A stretch of 64,000 nt of DNA from Naegleria gruberi (taxonomy: Eukaryota), in the NCBI GenBank assembly GCA_000004985.1, contig GG738928.1, one strand, 5' to 3'. Below the pieces are notes generated by a model. The model saw nothing but the letters and a program-made list of their open reading frames with translations, ran no database searches and was not told the DNA's origin. Of this stretch, positions 31,552 through 40,840 are shown in pieces (the stretch's first letter is position 1; each line of letters opens with the position of its first letter). The translations under genes were made by a program, and so were the position numbers.

Positions 31552-32763
31552 CTACAGTACAATCCACAATCCAAACATTAAAATCAAGGTAAAGTGTAAA
31601 GAGCTGGCTATAAAATTAGAGCAACCAATTAGATAGGTGCTTTCAAAAGGATAACTATTCGTACAGTTTTGAAATTCCTCTTCAGACATTGTCCTGCTAC
31701 GCAGCAACATGGTTGGACGAGTATTAATTGGATCAGCAGAATAGTTTAAATTTGGAGGGGTCAACTGACATCCATTATCCTCACCAATATTGTATCCATG
31801 AGTATTGATACTATAAGGATGCACAGTACTCTTAATAAAATCCAAATAATGAGTGACATTGGTGTAGACTCCAACATTTGTTCCTCCACAAATTAAGGAA
31901 GGTCCATAAGAGATTATTCCCTCCAGTACGAAAATAACCTCTCCATTCATTCTTACCCTTCTAAACAATCCACCTCCTGAATCACCTAGGCAAGCATCTT
32001 TTCCATCTCCATAACCAGCACAAAATTGATTCGGTTCAGTTGCTCCCAACAATCTCCAATTGCAAATATCAACTGGAGAAATTTGAATAAATGTTCTTTT
32101 CAATTTCCTACTTGGAGTAGTATCACCATCAGAATCTATTCCCCAACCAGCAATTAATGATGTCGAGTCAATTGGTACTGATGAATTTTCCAAGAAGGAG
32201 GTTACAATCCTATTTCTAATGAGTGGAACAGTTTGATCCATTTCAATAATCCCAATATCATTCTTAATACTATGTGAATCAAAATGAGGATGTGAAATAA
32301 GTTTGGAGACACCTCTAGAAATGCCATACCTCCTTTCCAATACACTCGTTCCCAACACTAATCTATACCTCGAAATGTCAGAGAACTTGGCCAGACAATG
32401 AGCAGCTGTTAAAACATGCCTTGGACTAATCAAAATTCCTCCACAAAAGTGAATTGAGCTTGCCATGTTGTTATTATTGGAATATTGCAAACTGACCATG
32501 ATAGGAAATTCTCCCTCCCTAGCATCATCACCTCCTGCAATATTATTCTCTCTAGTGAATCTGATGGTTTGATCCGTGGTGTGTGCTCTTCCGAAATTTA
32601 CATCAACAAGCAGAAGAAGAATTAATTTAATAATTAATAATAACAAGAAGTATAAATTGTTATTATGATGATAATAATAACGAATATTACTTCTATTTAT
32701 CATCATCATCATCAATTGACAAATAGATGACGAAGATGATGATGTTCGATGATGGAGAGCCAA
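31552..32763 (-). CDS. Trypsin-like (S1) serine protease with N-terminal signal anchor and hydrophobic C-terminal tail
   Basis: Catalytic motifs are 'VLTAAHC' (His) and 'GDSGGGL' (Ser). The hydrophobic N-terminus is 'LYFLLLLIIKLILLLLV' and the C-terminus is 'FTLILMFGLWIVL'. Confidence 0.8.
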   Translation of the reverse strand: MALHHRTSSSSSSICQLMMMMINRSNIRYYYHHNNNLYFLLLLIIKLILLLLVDVNFGRAHTTDQTIRFTRENNIAGGDDAREGEFPIMVSLQYSNNNNMASSIHFCGGILISPRHVLTAAHCLAKFSDISRYRLVLGTSVLERRYGISRGVSKLISHPHFDSHSIKNDIGIIEMDQTVPLIRNRIVTSFLENSSVPIDSTSLIAGWGIDSDGDTTPSRKLKRTFIQISPVDICNWRLLGATEPNQFCAGYGDGKDACLGDSGGGLFRRVRMNGEVIFVLEGIISYGPSLICGGTNVGVYTNVTHYLDFIKSTVHPYSINTHGYNIGEDNGCQLTPPNLNYSADPINTRPTMLLRSRTMSEEEFQNCTNSYPFESTYLIGCSNFIASSLHFTLILMFGLWIVL

Positions 32764-33038
32764 GAAACTGCAAAGGCTTTTTTTGTTCTTGTTAATTAAC
32801 TATTGTTGTTGTTATTCGTTAGAAATTTGTTGTATCGTATTGAAATGACAACATGTGTTGAAATATTAGCCAATCTTTCCTATGGTCCAACAACAAAACT
32901 GTTGCTGCTTGCTGGTTATCATTTGCCAGAAAAACAATTTTTTCTTTTGATTTTTCAACATATTTGTTTGGCGGCAAAATGATGCGCTTTAAAAAACCGT
33001 TATTTAATATCTATTATTTCAAATCACTATGATAAAAA

Positions 33039-33728
33039 ATGAGCAAACGAAAGAGACAAGATTTTCAAAATCATGATCAATTAATTAATTCGGAGGAGGA
33101 AATCTCCACTAACAATAATATAGATACGGAAGAGGAAGCAAAACAGAAAAAATTTGTAAAACTCCAACAAGAAGTATTTTCAGATGATGTTTGTTTTGAA
33201 ATAATTTCCATGATTGATGATTCGTGGTTTATTTTGAATAATTGTTCCTTAATTTCAAAACAATTCTTTAATGTGATCAAGGAACGTTCCAAACTTGTTA
33301 TTAAATTTGACAAAAAATTTACAGAAAAAAGAATTGAATTATTGATGAAAAGTCAATTTATGAATAGTATTGTTAATGTTGAATTTTCTAGAAATTTGCT
33401 TGGCTCTATAGAAACAACCAAATTCATCAGTGAAATGAAGCAATTAGCATCACTTAATATTTCTAACAATGAAATTGGTGATGAAGAAGCCAAACACCTA
33501 GGTGAAATGAAGCAATTAACATCACTTGATATTTCTAACAATCTAATTGGTGATGAAGGACTCAAATTCATAAATGAAATGAAACAACTAACATCACTTG
33601 ATATTTCTAACAATCTAATTGATGATGAAGGACTCAAATATTTAAGTGAAATGAAACAATTAACATCGCTTAATATTTCTAACAACGTAATTAGTGAAGG
33701 AGTTAAATACCTAAGTGAAATGAAATAA
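33039..33728 (+). CDS. F-box-like / leucine-rich-repeat protein, LRR array interrupted by an in-frame TAA (possibly truncated gene)
   Basis: The N-terminal region is F-box-like: 'VCFEIISMIDDSWFILNNCSLISKQFFNV'. It is followed by 24-aa LRR units 'EMKQLTSLDISNNLIGDEGLKYLS'. The fifth unit reads EMK* where the others read EMKQ. Confidence 0.5.
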   Translation: MSKRKRQDFQNHDQLINSEEEISTNNNIDTEEEAKQKKFVKLQQEVFSDDVCFEIISMIDDSWFILNNCSLISKQFFNVIKERSKLVIKFDKKFTEKRIELLMKSQFMNSIVNVEFSRNLLGSIETTKFISEMKQLASLNISNNEIGDEEAKHLGEMKQLTSLDISNNLIGDEGLKFINEMKQLTSLDISNNLIDDEGLKYLSEMKQLTSLNISNNVISEGVKYLSEMK

Positions 33729-33822
33729 TTGACATCACTTGATATTTCTAACAATCTAATTGATGATGAAGAAGCCAAATACCTAAGCGAAATGAAACAA
33801 TTGACATCACTAGAAAAATAAT
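33436..33822 (+). repeat. 72-bp tandem repeat array (about 5.4 units) encoding LRR units
   Basis: Units 'gaaatgaaacaattaacatcacttgatatttctaacaatctaattgatgatgaaggactcaaatatttaagt' are about 90% identical. One unit is 69 bp and the last unit is partial. Confidence 0.8.
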
Positions 33823-34353
33823 CTGGTTAGAGAAAGTAAGGATGTTGCTCGGAAATGCTGTCTTTTATCATTAACTTTATTTAGCATTGCTTAGATTTTA
33901 AACGAGTTTGAAGAGAAATAACTACCCAAAAAAGTGGAGTATTTTAAGAAATTTAACACTATTGGATTTTTAGATTGTCTTTACACCAATGAAATTAGCA
34001 CTGCATCAACAATTAGTTTCAGGTCAAAAGATAGGTAGGCTCTCTTGATGGACACATAATCTGGGTTACCATTATTCATATAGTCCAACAGTTAAATTAC
34101 TCTTCTTTGTGATAACTGTGGAGACTCAAATCTTTGGTAATACCACAAGCGAATAAAACTCAACAAACGGCTTTGAATGAACTGAAACACTGGTCGAATA
34201 TGGAATTGGATTGTTGAAAGAATTCATCAATTTCACATTTTTCACAATTTCTCCAACCAGCTTTGTTCATGCCAAAATGTTTCAAACAAGTCGAACATCT
34301 TACAATAATACAATTGCAATATGATTATCAAAATAATTATGAGCATTTTATAA

Positions 34354-34635
34354 TCACTCATTGATTTTCAAGATAATATCAAATGCCCACTCCCAAAATT
34401 CAAGCTCTTTTCTGTTTGTGTCTTCATCTTCTTGATCTGCCCAGGTTAAAATGATCAAATCGGAGAATCGAGAGTTGTGTTTTGCTTGTCGTAACAAATT
34501 GAATTGGATTCGCAACTCGTTCCAAAGAAGAATACTTCTTGCAATGTCGGCCTCAAAAAGTGGACGATTCCAGATTGGGATTGGTCTCATTTTTTTCAAA
34601 TTCAAGAAACCTTTCATTGTAACACTCTTTTTCAA
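34354..34635 (-). CDS. Hypothetical small protein (93 aa)
   Basis: ORF only. The product is not recognised and upstream exons are possible. Confidence 0.25.
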   Translation of the reverse strand: MKKSVTMKGFLNLKKMRPIPIWNRPLFEADIARSILLWNELRIQFNLLRQAKHNSRFSDLIILTWADQEDEDTNRKELEFWEWAFDIILKINE

Positions 34636-34686
34636 ACAAAGACTCTGAAATAGTTACACAGAATTAAAAAAATTTGGTAAATGTAT

Positions 34687-35646
34687 TTACAGAATTAAAC
34701 AACAAGAGCTTTCTTTTTTCTGTTCCTGTTTCACTGCAGATTGTTCTTTAGCATTCGTAGTATTAGTTGAGCTCTTCTCTTGGACTGGCGCTTGCTTACT
34801 TGGTTCCACTGTAGTTGTTGCTGCAGTACTTGTGCTAACTACTGTATTATTAGTACTATTTGATGTTGGCTTTGCAATTGGTTGTTCACTTGTTGTTGAC
34901 AAGACAACTTGTTCAGATTTTGTTTCCATTTTCAATGGGCTGTATTCCACTATTTTCTTGGCAATCGATGTCACGTGTTTACCATGAGCTTTGGCAATCT
35001 CTTTCTCTGCAGCAGATAACATTCTTTCACCTGCTCCACCAGCAATAGTTCCACTTCCGTAACAAGATCCACCTTCAATTTGGTCAATTGTCATGAGCTC
35101 AGGAATAAATGGAACACCTGCATAGATCATACCATGATGGAGAAGTGGAATCATGGAATTTAATGCAGTAACCTCTTGCCCACCATGTTGTGTTGCAGAG
35201 GATGTAAAGAAAGATCCAACCTTTCCAATTAATTCTCCATTCGTCCAAATCTGACCTGTGGCATCGAGGAAGGTTTTCATTTGAGAAGCCATTGTTCCAA
35301 AACGAGTAGGTGTTCCAAAGATAATGGCATCATATTGAGGTAATTCATCATAACTTGCCTATAGAAATAATTATTTTGAATTTAACACAATTATAATTTT
35401 CAATATTTTCATTTTGTTTTAAAAATCAAAATTAAATATATAACAACTTACAATTGGAATGTGTTCCATTGCTTTTTGAGCATCTAATGCACCCATCTTT
35501 TCCAAAACTTCCTTCGGAAGAGTTTCTGGCACTCTCTTGAGTGTCACTTGAGCATTTTCCACCATGGAAACTCCTTCAGCAATGGCCTCAGCCAATTTAA
35601 AGATGTGAGTATATGTAGAGTAGAAGAGAATTAAAACCTTGACCAT
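34687..35646 (-). CDS. wrbA-like: NAD(P)H:quinone oxidoreductase, WrbA-type flavodoxin-like protein, 2 exons: join(34687..35358,35452..35646), with Ser/Thr-rich C-terminal extension ending CCLIL
   Basis: Exon 1 'MVKVLILFYSTYTHIFKLAEAIAEGV...VKRVPETLP' and exon 2 'YDAIIFGTPTRFGTMASQMKTFLD...LLHHGMIYAG' are collinear with WrbA. The 93-bp intron runs GTAAGT...CTATAG. Confidence 0.8.
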
Positions 35647-36052
35647 TTTCCAATATCTGTTATTGTGTTGAATTTCCTTAAATATATTATTAATATTAAG
35701 AGGTAGATGTTGACTCGTTTTTTTACAGCAATATTACCTTTCGAGATTCTTTTGAGAGTTTTTAAGTATTGTGTGTGGATGCAATAGTTGTTCAACTCGT
35801 TTGTGTTGGTGTTGGTGGTCAAATGTTTGAAATGTTTGGAATTTACTAGAGAGGATATTTTAGTCCCGAAAGCATGATAATAAGAACGCACGCTTAATTT
35901 GAGACCACTAGATATGGCTCAATACATTCGTGAGCACAATATGAAGGGTTAGTGCGCACTCAGAATCTGAGATGGAAGAAATTACTAAATTAAATATTAA
36001 GAAACTGTAGTTCAATGGATGACAAGTGTACATGTATTTGAGGTTAAGGAAT

Positions 36053-36631
36053 TTATTCTTCATCTGAATCTTCTTCTTCTTCTTCAGAATCATCTTCACT
36101 TTCTGTCTTTCCTACTAAATCTTCAAATACTTCCTTTGCATGTGTTTCTGGTTTGACACTTCCATAAACCTTGACAATTTTCATGTCCTTTCCAATAACA
36201 TAGGTTATTCTACGTGCTGATTTACTTCCAGCTCTCTTAGATTGAGCATTATACTTTTCCAAAATGTCTCTATCGGCATCAGAAATTAGGGTATGTTTCA
36301 AAGCTGCCTTTTCACAGAAACTCTTGTGACTCTTGACAGAATCTGTAGAAACACCCAATAATTTGATATCATTCTTTTCAAACTTGTCAGAATACTTGCT
36401 GAATGCAATATTTTCCTTCTTGCAACCTGGTGTATTATCCTTAGGATAGAAGAATAGGACCACTGTCTTTTTAATCTCTGAGAGTTTAACAGTTTCTCCA
36501 TCTTGATCCTTTACTTCAAAATCTGGAGCAATAGAATCAACTTCCAACAAGTCAGAATCTGATGTTGTCTTTTTCTTCTTACTCTTGGTTGATGATGTTT
36601 CCGAGTCGGCTTTCTTTCTCTTTCCTGCCAT
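36053..36631 (-). CDS. Peroxiredoxin, PrxQ/BCP type, with Lys/Ser-rich N-terminal extension and acidic C-terminal tail
   Basis: 'APDFEVKDQDGETVKLSEIKKTVVLFFYPKDNTPGCKKE' matches the PrxQ active-site region (FYPKDxTPGC). The N-terminus is 'MAGKRKKADSETSSTKSKKKKTT' and the tail is 'SEDDSEEEEEDSDEE'. Confidence 0.8.
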   Translation of the reverse strand: MAGKRKKADSETSSTKSKKKKTTSDSDLLEVDSIAPDFEVKDQDGETVKLSEIKKTVVLFFYPKDNTPGCKKENIAFSKYSDKFEKNDIKLLGVSTDSVKSHKSFCEKAALKHTLISDADRDILEKYNAQSKRAGSKSARRITYVIGKDMKIVKVYGSVKPETHAKEVFEDLVGKTESEDDSEEEEEDSDEE

Positions 36632-37174
36632 CTTTGAATTACTTCTCTGTGAATGATGTTATTGTGAATTTTTTTGTTATTTGATGAAGAATTTATAATT
36701 GAATTAATTTTGGCTCCTTGATGATGATGAAATTATATTAGATAGATTGTTATTACTTGAAGGAATGTAATAGTAATATTGCTATCATCAATTCCATTAT
36801 TATAATAAAAATTAAAACAAAATCTTCCTCTCCATATCATCCACTAATGCCATCAAAATTCCTTCCTCCCACCACACATGTATCTTTCTCCAATGAATCC
36901 AGCAACAAACAAGAAAACTAGCTTGGCAAGCAAATGCCTTCCAAAAAACACCTTCTTTTGTACCTAGTCGCATTTCGGGATTTTTCTTCTTCAATGTCCT
37001 TCATTGTCCTGCAAGCTCCTCCTCCACAACAAAAAAATATTTCGCTTTGTTGTCTCTTGTACAGTACTCACACACACTTGTTTTTAGCCTTTCTCATCAT
37101 CAACTCATTGGCTTGTATCGAGAACAATTTTAGGCTTTTTCATTGAATAATAATAGTAATAATAATATTGGAAA

Positions 37175-40100
37175 ATGAGAACAACACTGAATAAGAATGC
37201 TATCAAACACTCTTCGGCAACACTTGGTGTCTTGATGAAGAAATCATCATCATCTTGTGGAGTGTTTGTAAAGAAGAATGATTTGAATTTTGGAAATAAT
37301 AATTTAATTGATAGTAATATATCAAGAGGGTTAAATAGTAATGTTGCTAGTTTGTACAATGCACAGACAAAGAGAAGAAACATTTCGGAAGAATTGCAAA
37401 AACCTAACACTGTAAATTTGGAACAAGTTCATGATGTCATCAAGAGAAATTTGAATACCAATGAATTGGATTGTATTTTTAAGCCAAAGAGCATTTGTGT
37501 TATTGATGATTTCAATCCTGATGTTCATGCTAGTCCAGTTCCTGTACCTAACGATAGTATTAGTAGTACTTTGGCTAGAAATGTTCTCTGGAATTTAATG
37601 TCTGTGTCACAAGTCAAGGTTTATGCAGTTTCTAAACATGTGGAAAGAGTTGGCAATGAACCAAAAACAAAGAGAAGACCACATTTATTGGGTGTACCAA
37701 TGTATCCATCTCTGAGTGAATTGTCAGCATCTAAATCTACAGAACAAAAGAAATTAGAAATTGATTTGGCTGTCATTTGTTGCCATCAAGTCGAAACCAT
37801 GTTCTATGCTTTGGAGGAGTGTATCAAGAATGGTGTTAAAGGATGTGTCATTATTGGAAGTGTTTACAGCAAATTTTATGAAAAATTCAGTGAAAATGAA
37901 ACAAAGAATATTGAAAAATTCAAGGAAATTGTCAAGGGATCTGACATTAGAGTTATTGGTCCTGGTATGGGTCTTATAACACCTCTTGTAACTCAATCAG
38001 GTCAATATCACGTTGGTGAAATTTACAATAACTTTTTGAATATTACTCCAACAAATAGAAGTTCTGAACTGACTCGTGGTAAAATTGGTGTTGTTTCACA
38101 ATCTGGTGCTTTGGCAACAACCATTCTCGATTGGAGTTTGAAGCAAGGAGTAGGATTGAGTGGTTTTGCCTGTGTTGGTGCTAATCAAACTGATGTTAAC
38201 TTTGCAGATATGGTTGAACATTTTGGTAATGATCCAAATACTCATGCCATCTTGTTGTACATTGAAGATTTGGGAAATAATGAACATATTAAGAGATTTG
38301 CCAGTGCTGCCAGAAGTGTAGCTTTAAAGAAGCCAATTATTGCCATGAAGATGAACACTAACAATAGAGACGAAGACAATTACCTTAATGCCCTCTTTGA
38401 AAGAGTTGGTATTTTAAGAGTTAATTCTATTGAAGAAATGTTTTACATGTCACAGCTTATTGGAAAACAAGCCATTACAAAGGGAAACACCATTACTGTT
38501 ATTTCTAACTCTGGTGGTGCTGCAACACTTGCTGTTGACGCCATCTACCAATCTAACATTACCGAATTGGGAGCTATTTCTAACAAGAGTGCAAAACTTT
38601 TGCAAGAGAGTGGAATTGATGTAGAAGAGGCTTTACTTTCTGGAAAGAAGGCTATTCCTGTAAATATCAGAAACACAGCCACTCCTGAACAATATGTTGC
38701 TGCTTTGGATATTGTATATAACGATCCAAAGACTGACAGCGTTCTTGTCATGTTAACTCCTCAAACAAGAACAGAACCAACAAGAACTGCTCAATTCTTA
38801 CAAAGATATATTGTTGAAAAGACAAAGGAAGGAAAATTATCCAAGCCAATTATGTGCTGTTTTATGGGTGGTAGAGATGTTGAAGCAGGTAGAAGTATCT
38901 TGTTGAGTGCTAACATTCCAGCTTTTGCCTTCCCAGAAATTGCTACCAAAGTATTCCAATACAATTACAGATACTCTAAGAATTTGGAAAATTTATATGA
39001 AGATCCAAGTCTTCTCGACAATGATGATGCCAGCCAAAATGAATCATCAAAACAAAAGGCTAGAGAATACATCAAGTCCTTACTTGAAAAGAATCCAAAC
39101 AAGGAAGCTCTCAATGAATATGAGAGTCAACATCTTCTTTCACTCTATGGTATTGGCGTTCCTCAGACAAGAATTGCTAACTCTGCTGAAGAAGCTGTGG
39201 AAGCTGCCAAACATATTGGATATCCAGTTGTGCTCAAATTGCACAATAGTGATACCACCATTTCCAAGTTAGATTTGGGTGGTGTTCTTTTGAATTTGAT
39301 GGATGAAAAGCAAGTTAAACAAGGTTTCAATTCTATCAAGCAATCAGTTGAAAAGAGTAATGTCAAATTTACTGGAGTTACTGTTCAATCAGATTGTAAG
39401 AAGATTGCTACTGGTAAGAGAGATTCCATTTCATTCGAATTGTATCTAGGATCTGAAGTTGATGAAAAGTTTGGACCAGTTATTTCATTTGGTACAGGTG
39501 GCTCTTTGCATCAAATTTACAAGGATAAGAGTTATGGCATTCCTCCACTTACTGCTCCTTTGGCCTATCAACTTTTGAGAAAGACAAAGATTTCTGATGC
39601 CCTCGTTGAAAGATTCAGAAATAAGCCAGCCATTGATATTGAAGGTTTAAAGTCTTTGCTCGTTCGTTTCAGCAGAATGGTTCTTGATAATAGCGATTTG
39701 ATTAAGGAATTTGAAATTAATCCTCTTCAAGCTCTTGCTACTGACAATGAAAAGTCCTTCACTGCTCTCGACTGCAGACTCACTCTCCACAAACCAAAGG
39801 CCAAGAAGGCTCAAAATGTCATTCGTTCCTACGAAAGAAAGTATGTCACCAACGTTAGTGATGATATCCTTGTTAGACCATCCAAGTTTTCTGATTTTAG
39901 AAAGCTTCTCTCATTCTTTACCAATCTCTCACCAAAGACTTTGGAATCTAGTATTAGAGAGTCAGCTCTTCGTTCACAATGCTCCATTGCTTTCCTCAGT
40001 TTGAAGAATCAATACAATAAGGCCAAGAATCAAGATGCTCCACAACCATTGGATCCATATGCATTGAGTCTTAACACAGATGGAGACTCTAAGGAGATTT

Positions 40101-40477
40101 ACCAAGAATTGGTTCAGTACGTTTCCAGTGACTTTGACAGAGAAGTTGTATTGTTCGCTATCGATAAGAAGAGCAAGTCCATTATCGGCATGGGTGTCTA
40201 CACAATTATGCAACAATCCATTGTTAGTTCAAAGAAGAGAAAGGCCGAACTCCAACTCCTTGTTGGTGAACAAGCTCAAGGAAAGGGTATTGGTAAATAC
40301 CTCTTGGAACAATTAATTCACATTGCCAAACAAGAAGGAAACATTTCACAACTCATTGCCTACACTCACCACTCCAACATTGGTGTTCAAAAGTTGTGTA
40401 CTCGCGCTGGATTTGTTGAGCAAGACAATTCAGAACTTTTTGAACAAGGTGTTCTAGTTTCAACCTTGGATTTGTAA
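37175..40477 (+). CDS. Pat-like protein: NDP-forming acyl-CoA synthetase-like region (CoA-binding, ligase-CoA and ATP-grasp) fused to C-terminal GNAT acetyltransferase
   Basis: 1100-aa single ORF. The CoA-binding region is around 'KSICVIDDFNPDV'. The succinyl-CoA-ligase-like region is 'GKIGVVSQSGALATTILDWSLKQGVGLSGFACVGANQTD'. The ATP-grasp region is 'GYPVVLKLHNSDTTISKLDLGGVLLNL'. The C-terminal GNAT region is 'LLVGEQAQGKGIGKYLLEQLIHIAK'. No His aligns at the position of the ACD catalytic HTGA histidine. Confidence 0.75.
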   Translation: MRTTLNKNAIKHSSATLGVLMKKSSSSCGVFVKKNDLNFGNNNLIDSNISRGLNSNVASLYNAQTKRRNISEELQKPNTVNLEQVHDVIKRNLNTNELDCIFKPKSICVIDDFNPDVHASPVPVPNDSISSTLARNVLWNLMSVSQVKVYAVSKHVERVGNEPKTKRRPHLLGVPMYPSLSELSASKSTEQKKLEIDLAVICCHQVETMFYALEECIKNGVKGCVIIGSVYSKFYEKFSENETKNIEKFKEIVKGSDIRVIGPGMGLITPLVTQSGQYHVGEIYNNFLNITPTNRSSELTRGKIGVVSQSGALATTILDWSLKQGVGLSGFACVGANQTDVNFADMVEHFGNDPNTHAILLYIEDLGNNEHIKRFASAARSVALKKPIIAMKMNTNNRDEDNYLNALFERVGILRVNSIEEMFYMSQLIGKQAITKGNTITVISNSGGAATLAVDAIYQSNITELGAISNKSAKLLQESGIDVEEALLSGKKAIPVNIRNTATPEQYVAALDIVYNDPKTDSVLVMLTPQTRTEPTRTAQFLQRYIVEKTKEGKLSKPIMCCFMGGRDVEAGRSILLSANIPAFAFPEIATKVFQYNYRYSKNLENLYEDPSLLDNDDASQNESSKQKAREYIKSLLEKNPNKEALNEYESQHLLSLYGIGVPQTRIANSAEEAVEAAKHIGYPVVLKLHNSDTTISKLDLGGVLLNLMDEKQVKQGFNSIKQSVEKSNVKFTGVTVQSDCKKIATGKRDSISFELYLGSEVDEKFGPVISFGTGGSLHQIYKDKSYGIPPLTAPLAYQLLRKTKISDALVERFRNKPAIDIEGLKSLLVRFSRMVLDNSDLIKEFEINPLQALATDNEKSFTALDCRLTLHKPKAKKAQNVIRSYERKYVTNVSDDILVRPSKFSDFRKLLSFFTNLSPKTLESSIRESALRSQCSIAFLSLKNQYNKAKNQDAPQPLDPYALSLNTDGDSKEIYQELVQYVSSDFDREVVLFAIDKKSKSIIGMGVYTIMQQSIVSSKKRKAELQLLVGEQAQGKGIGKYLLEQLIHIAKQEGNISQLIAYTHHSNIGVQKLCTRAGFVEQDNSELFEQGVLVSTLDL

Positions 40478-40840
40478 AATAATAAAACCTCACTCTCGAT
40501 AATTCAATGAGTGTTTCAATATTTTGAAATTTGTTACTACCTGCTGCGCTCAATACAAGTTCGAGCTGCCCCTTCCAAATTGCATAACAATATTCGCCAT
40601 ATTTACTAACACACTCTCAATGCCAAACAAGTTCTCCTCAACAATTACCACTACATTACCTAAATAGGTCCAAATTTTGAGAAAAGGCTCCTCAACAACA
40701 TTTATTTCACACCAAACAAAAGAACACAACAAATTGATAGGTTCACCACCTACCGCACCATAACACAGAAATTTTGAAAGAGTGGAAAACCTAATACTTA
40801 TCCCGATTTTAATAATATTCAATTAATTAATTAAATACTA

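Noticed and set aside
33353-33778. 141-aa ORF on the minus strand across the LRR repeat array
   Set aside because: It is the antisense shadow of the 72-bp coding repeats. Its periodic 'LLEISSDVNCFIS' is the reverse-complement reading of the LRR units.
35631-36099. Two small minus-strand ORFs between the WrbA and peroxiredoxin genes
   Set aside because: They lie in AT-rich intergenic sequence with no coding-like composition, and are likely the UTR or promoter of the WrbA gene.
37175-40477. Annotation as an active ADP-forming acetyl-CoA synthetase
   Set aside because: The position of the catalytic phospho-His loop has no His ('NTNNRDEDNYLNAL'), and a GNAT domain is fused at the C-terminus. 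This fits a Pat-type acetyltransferase better than a ligase.
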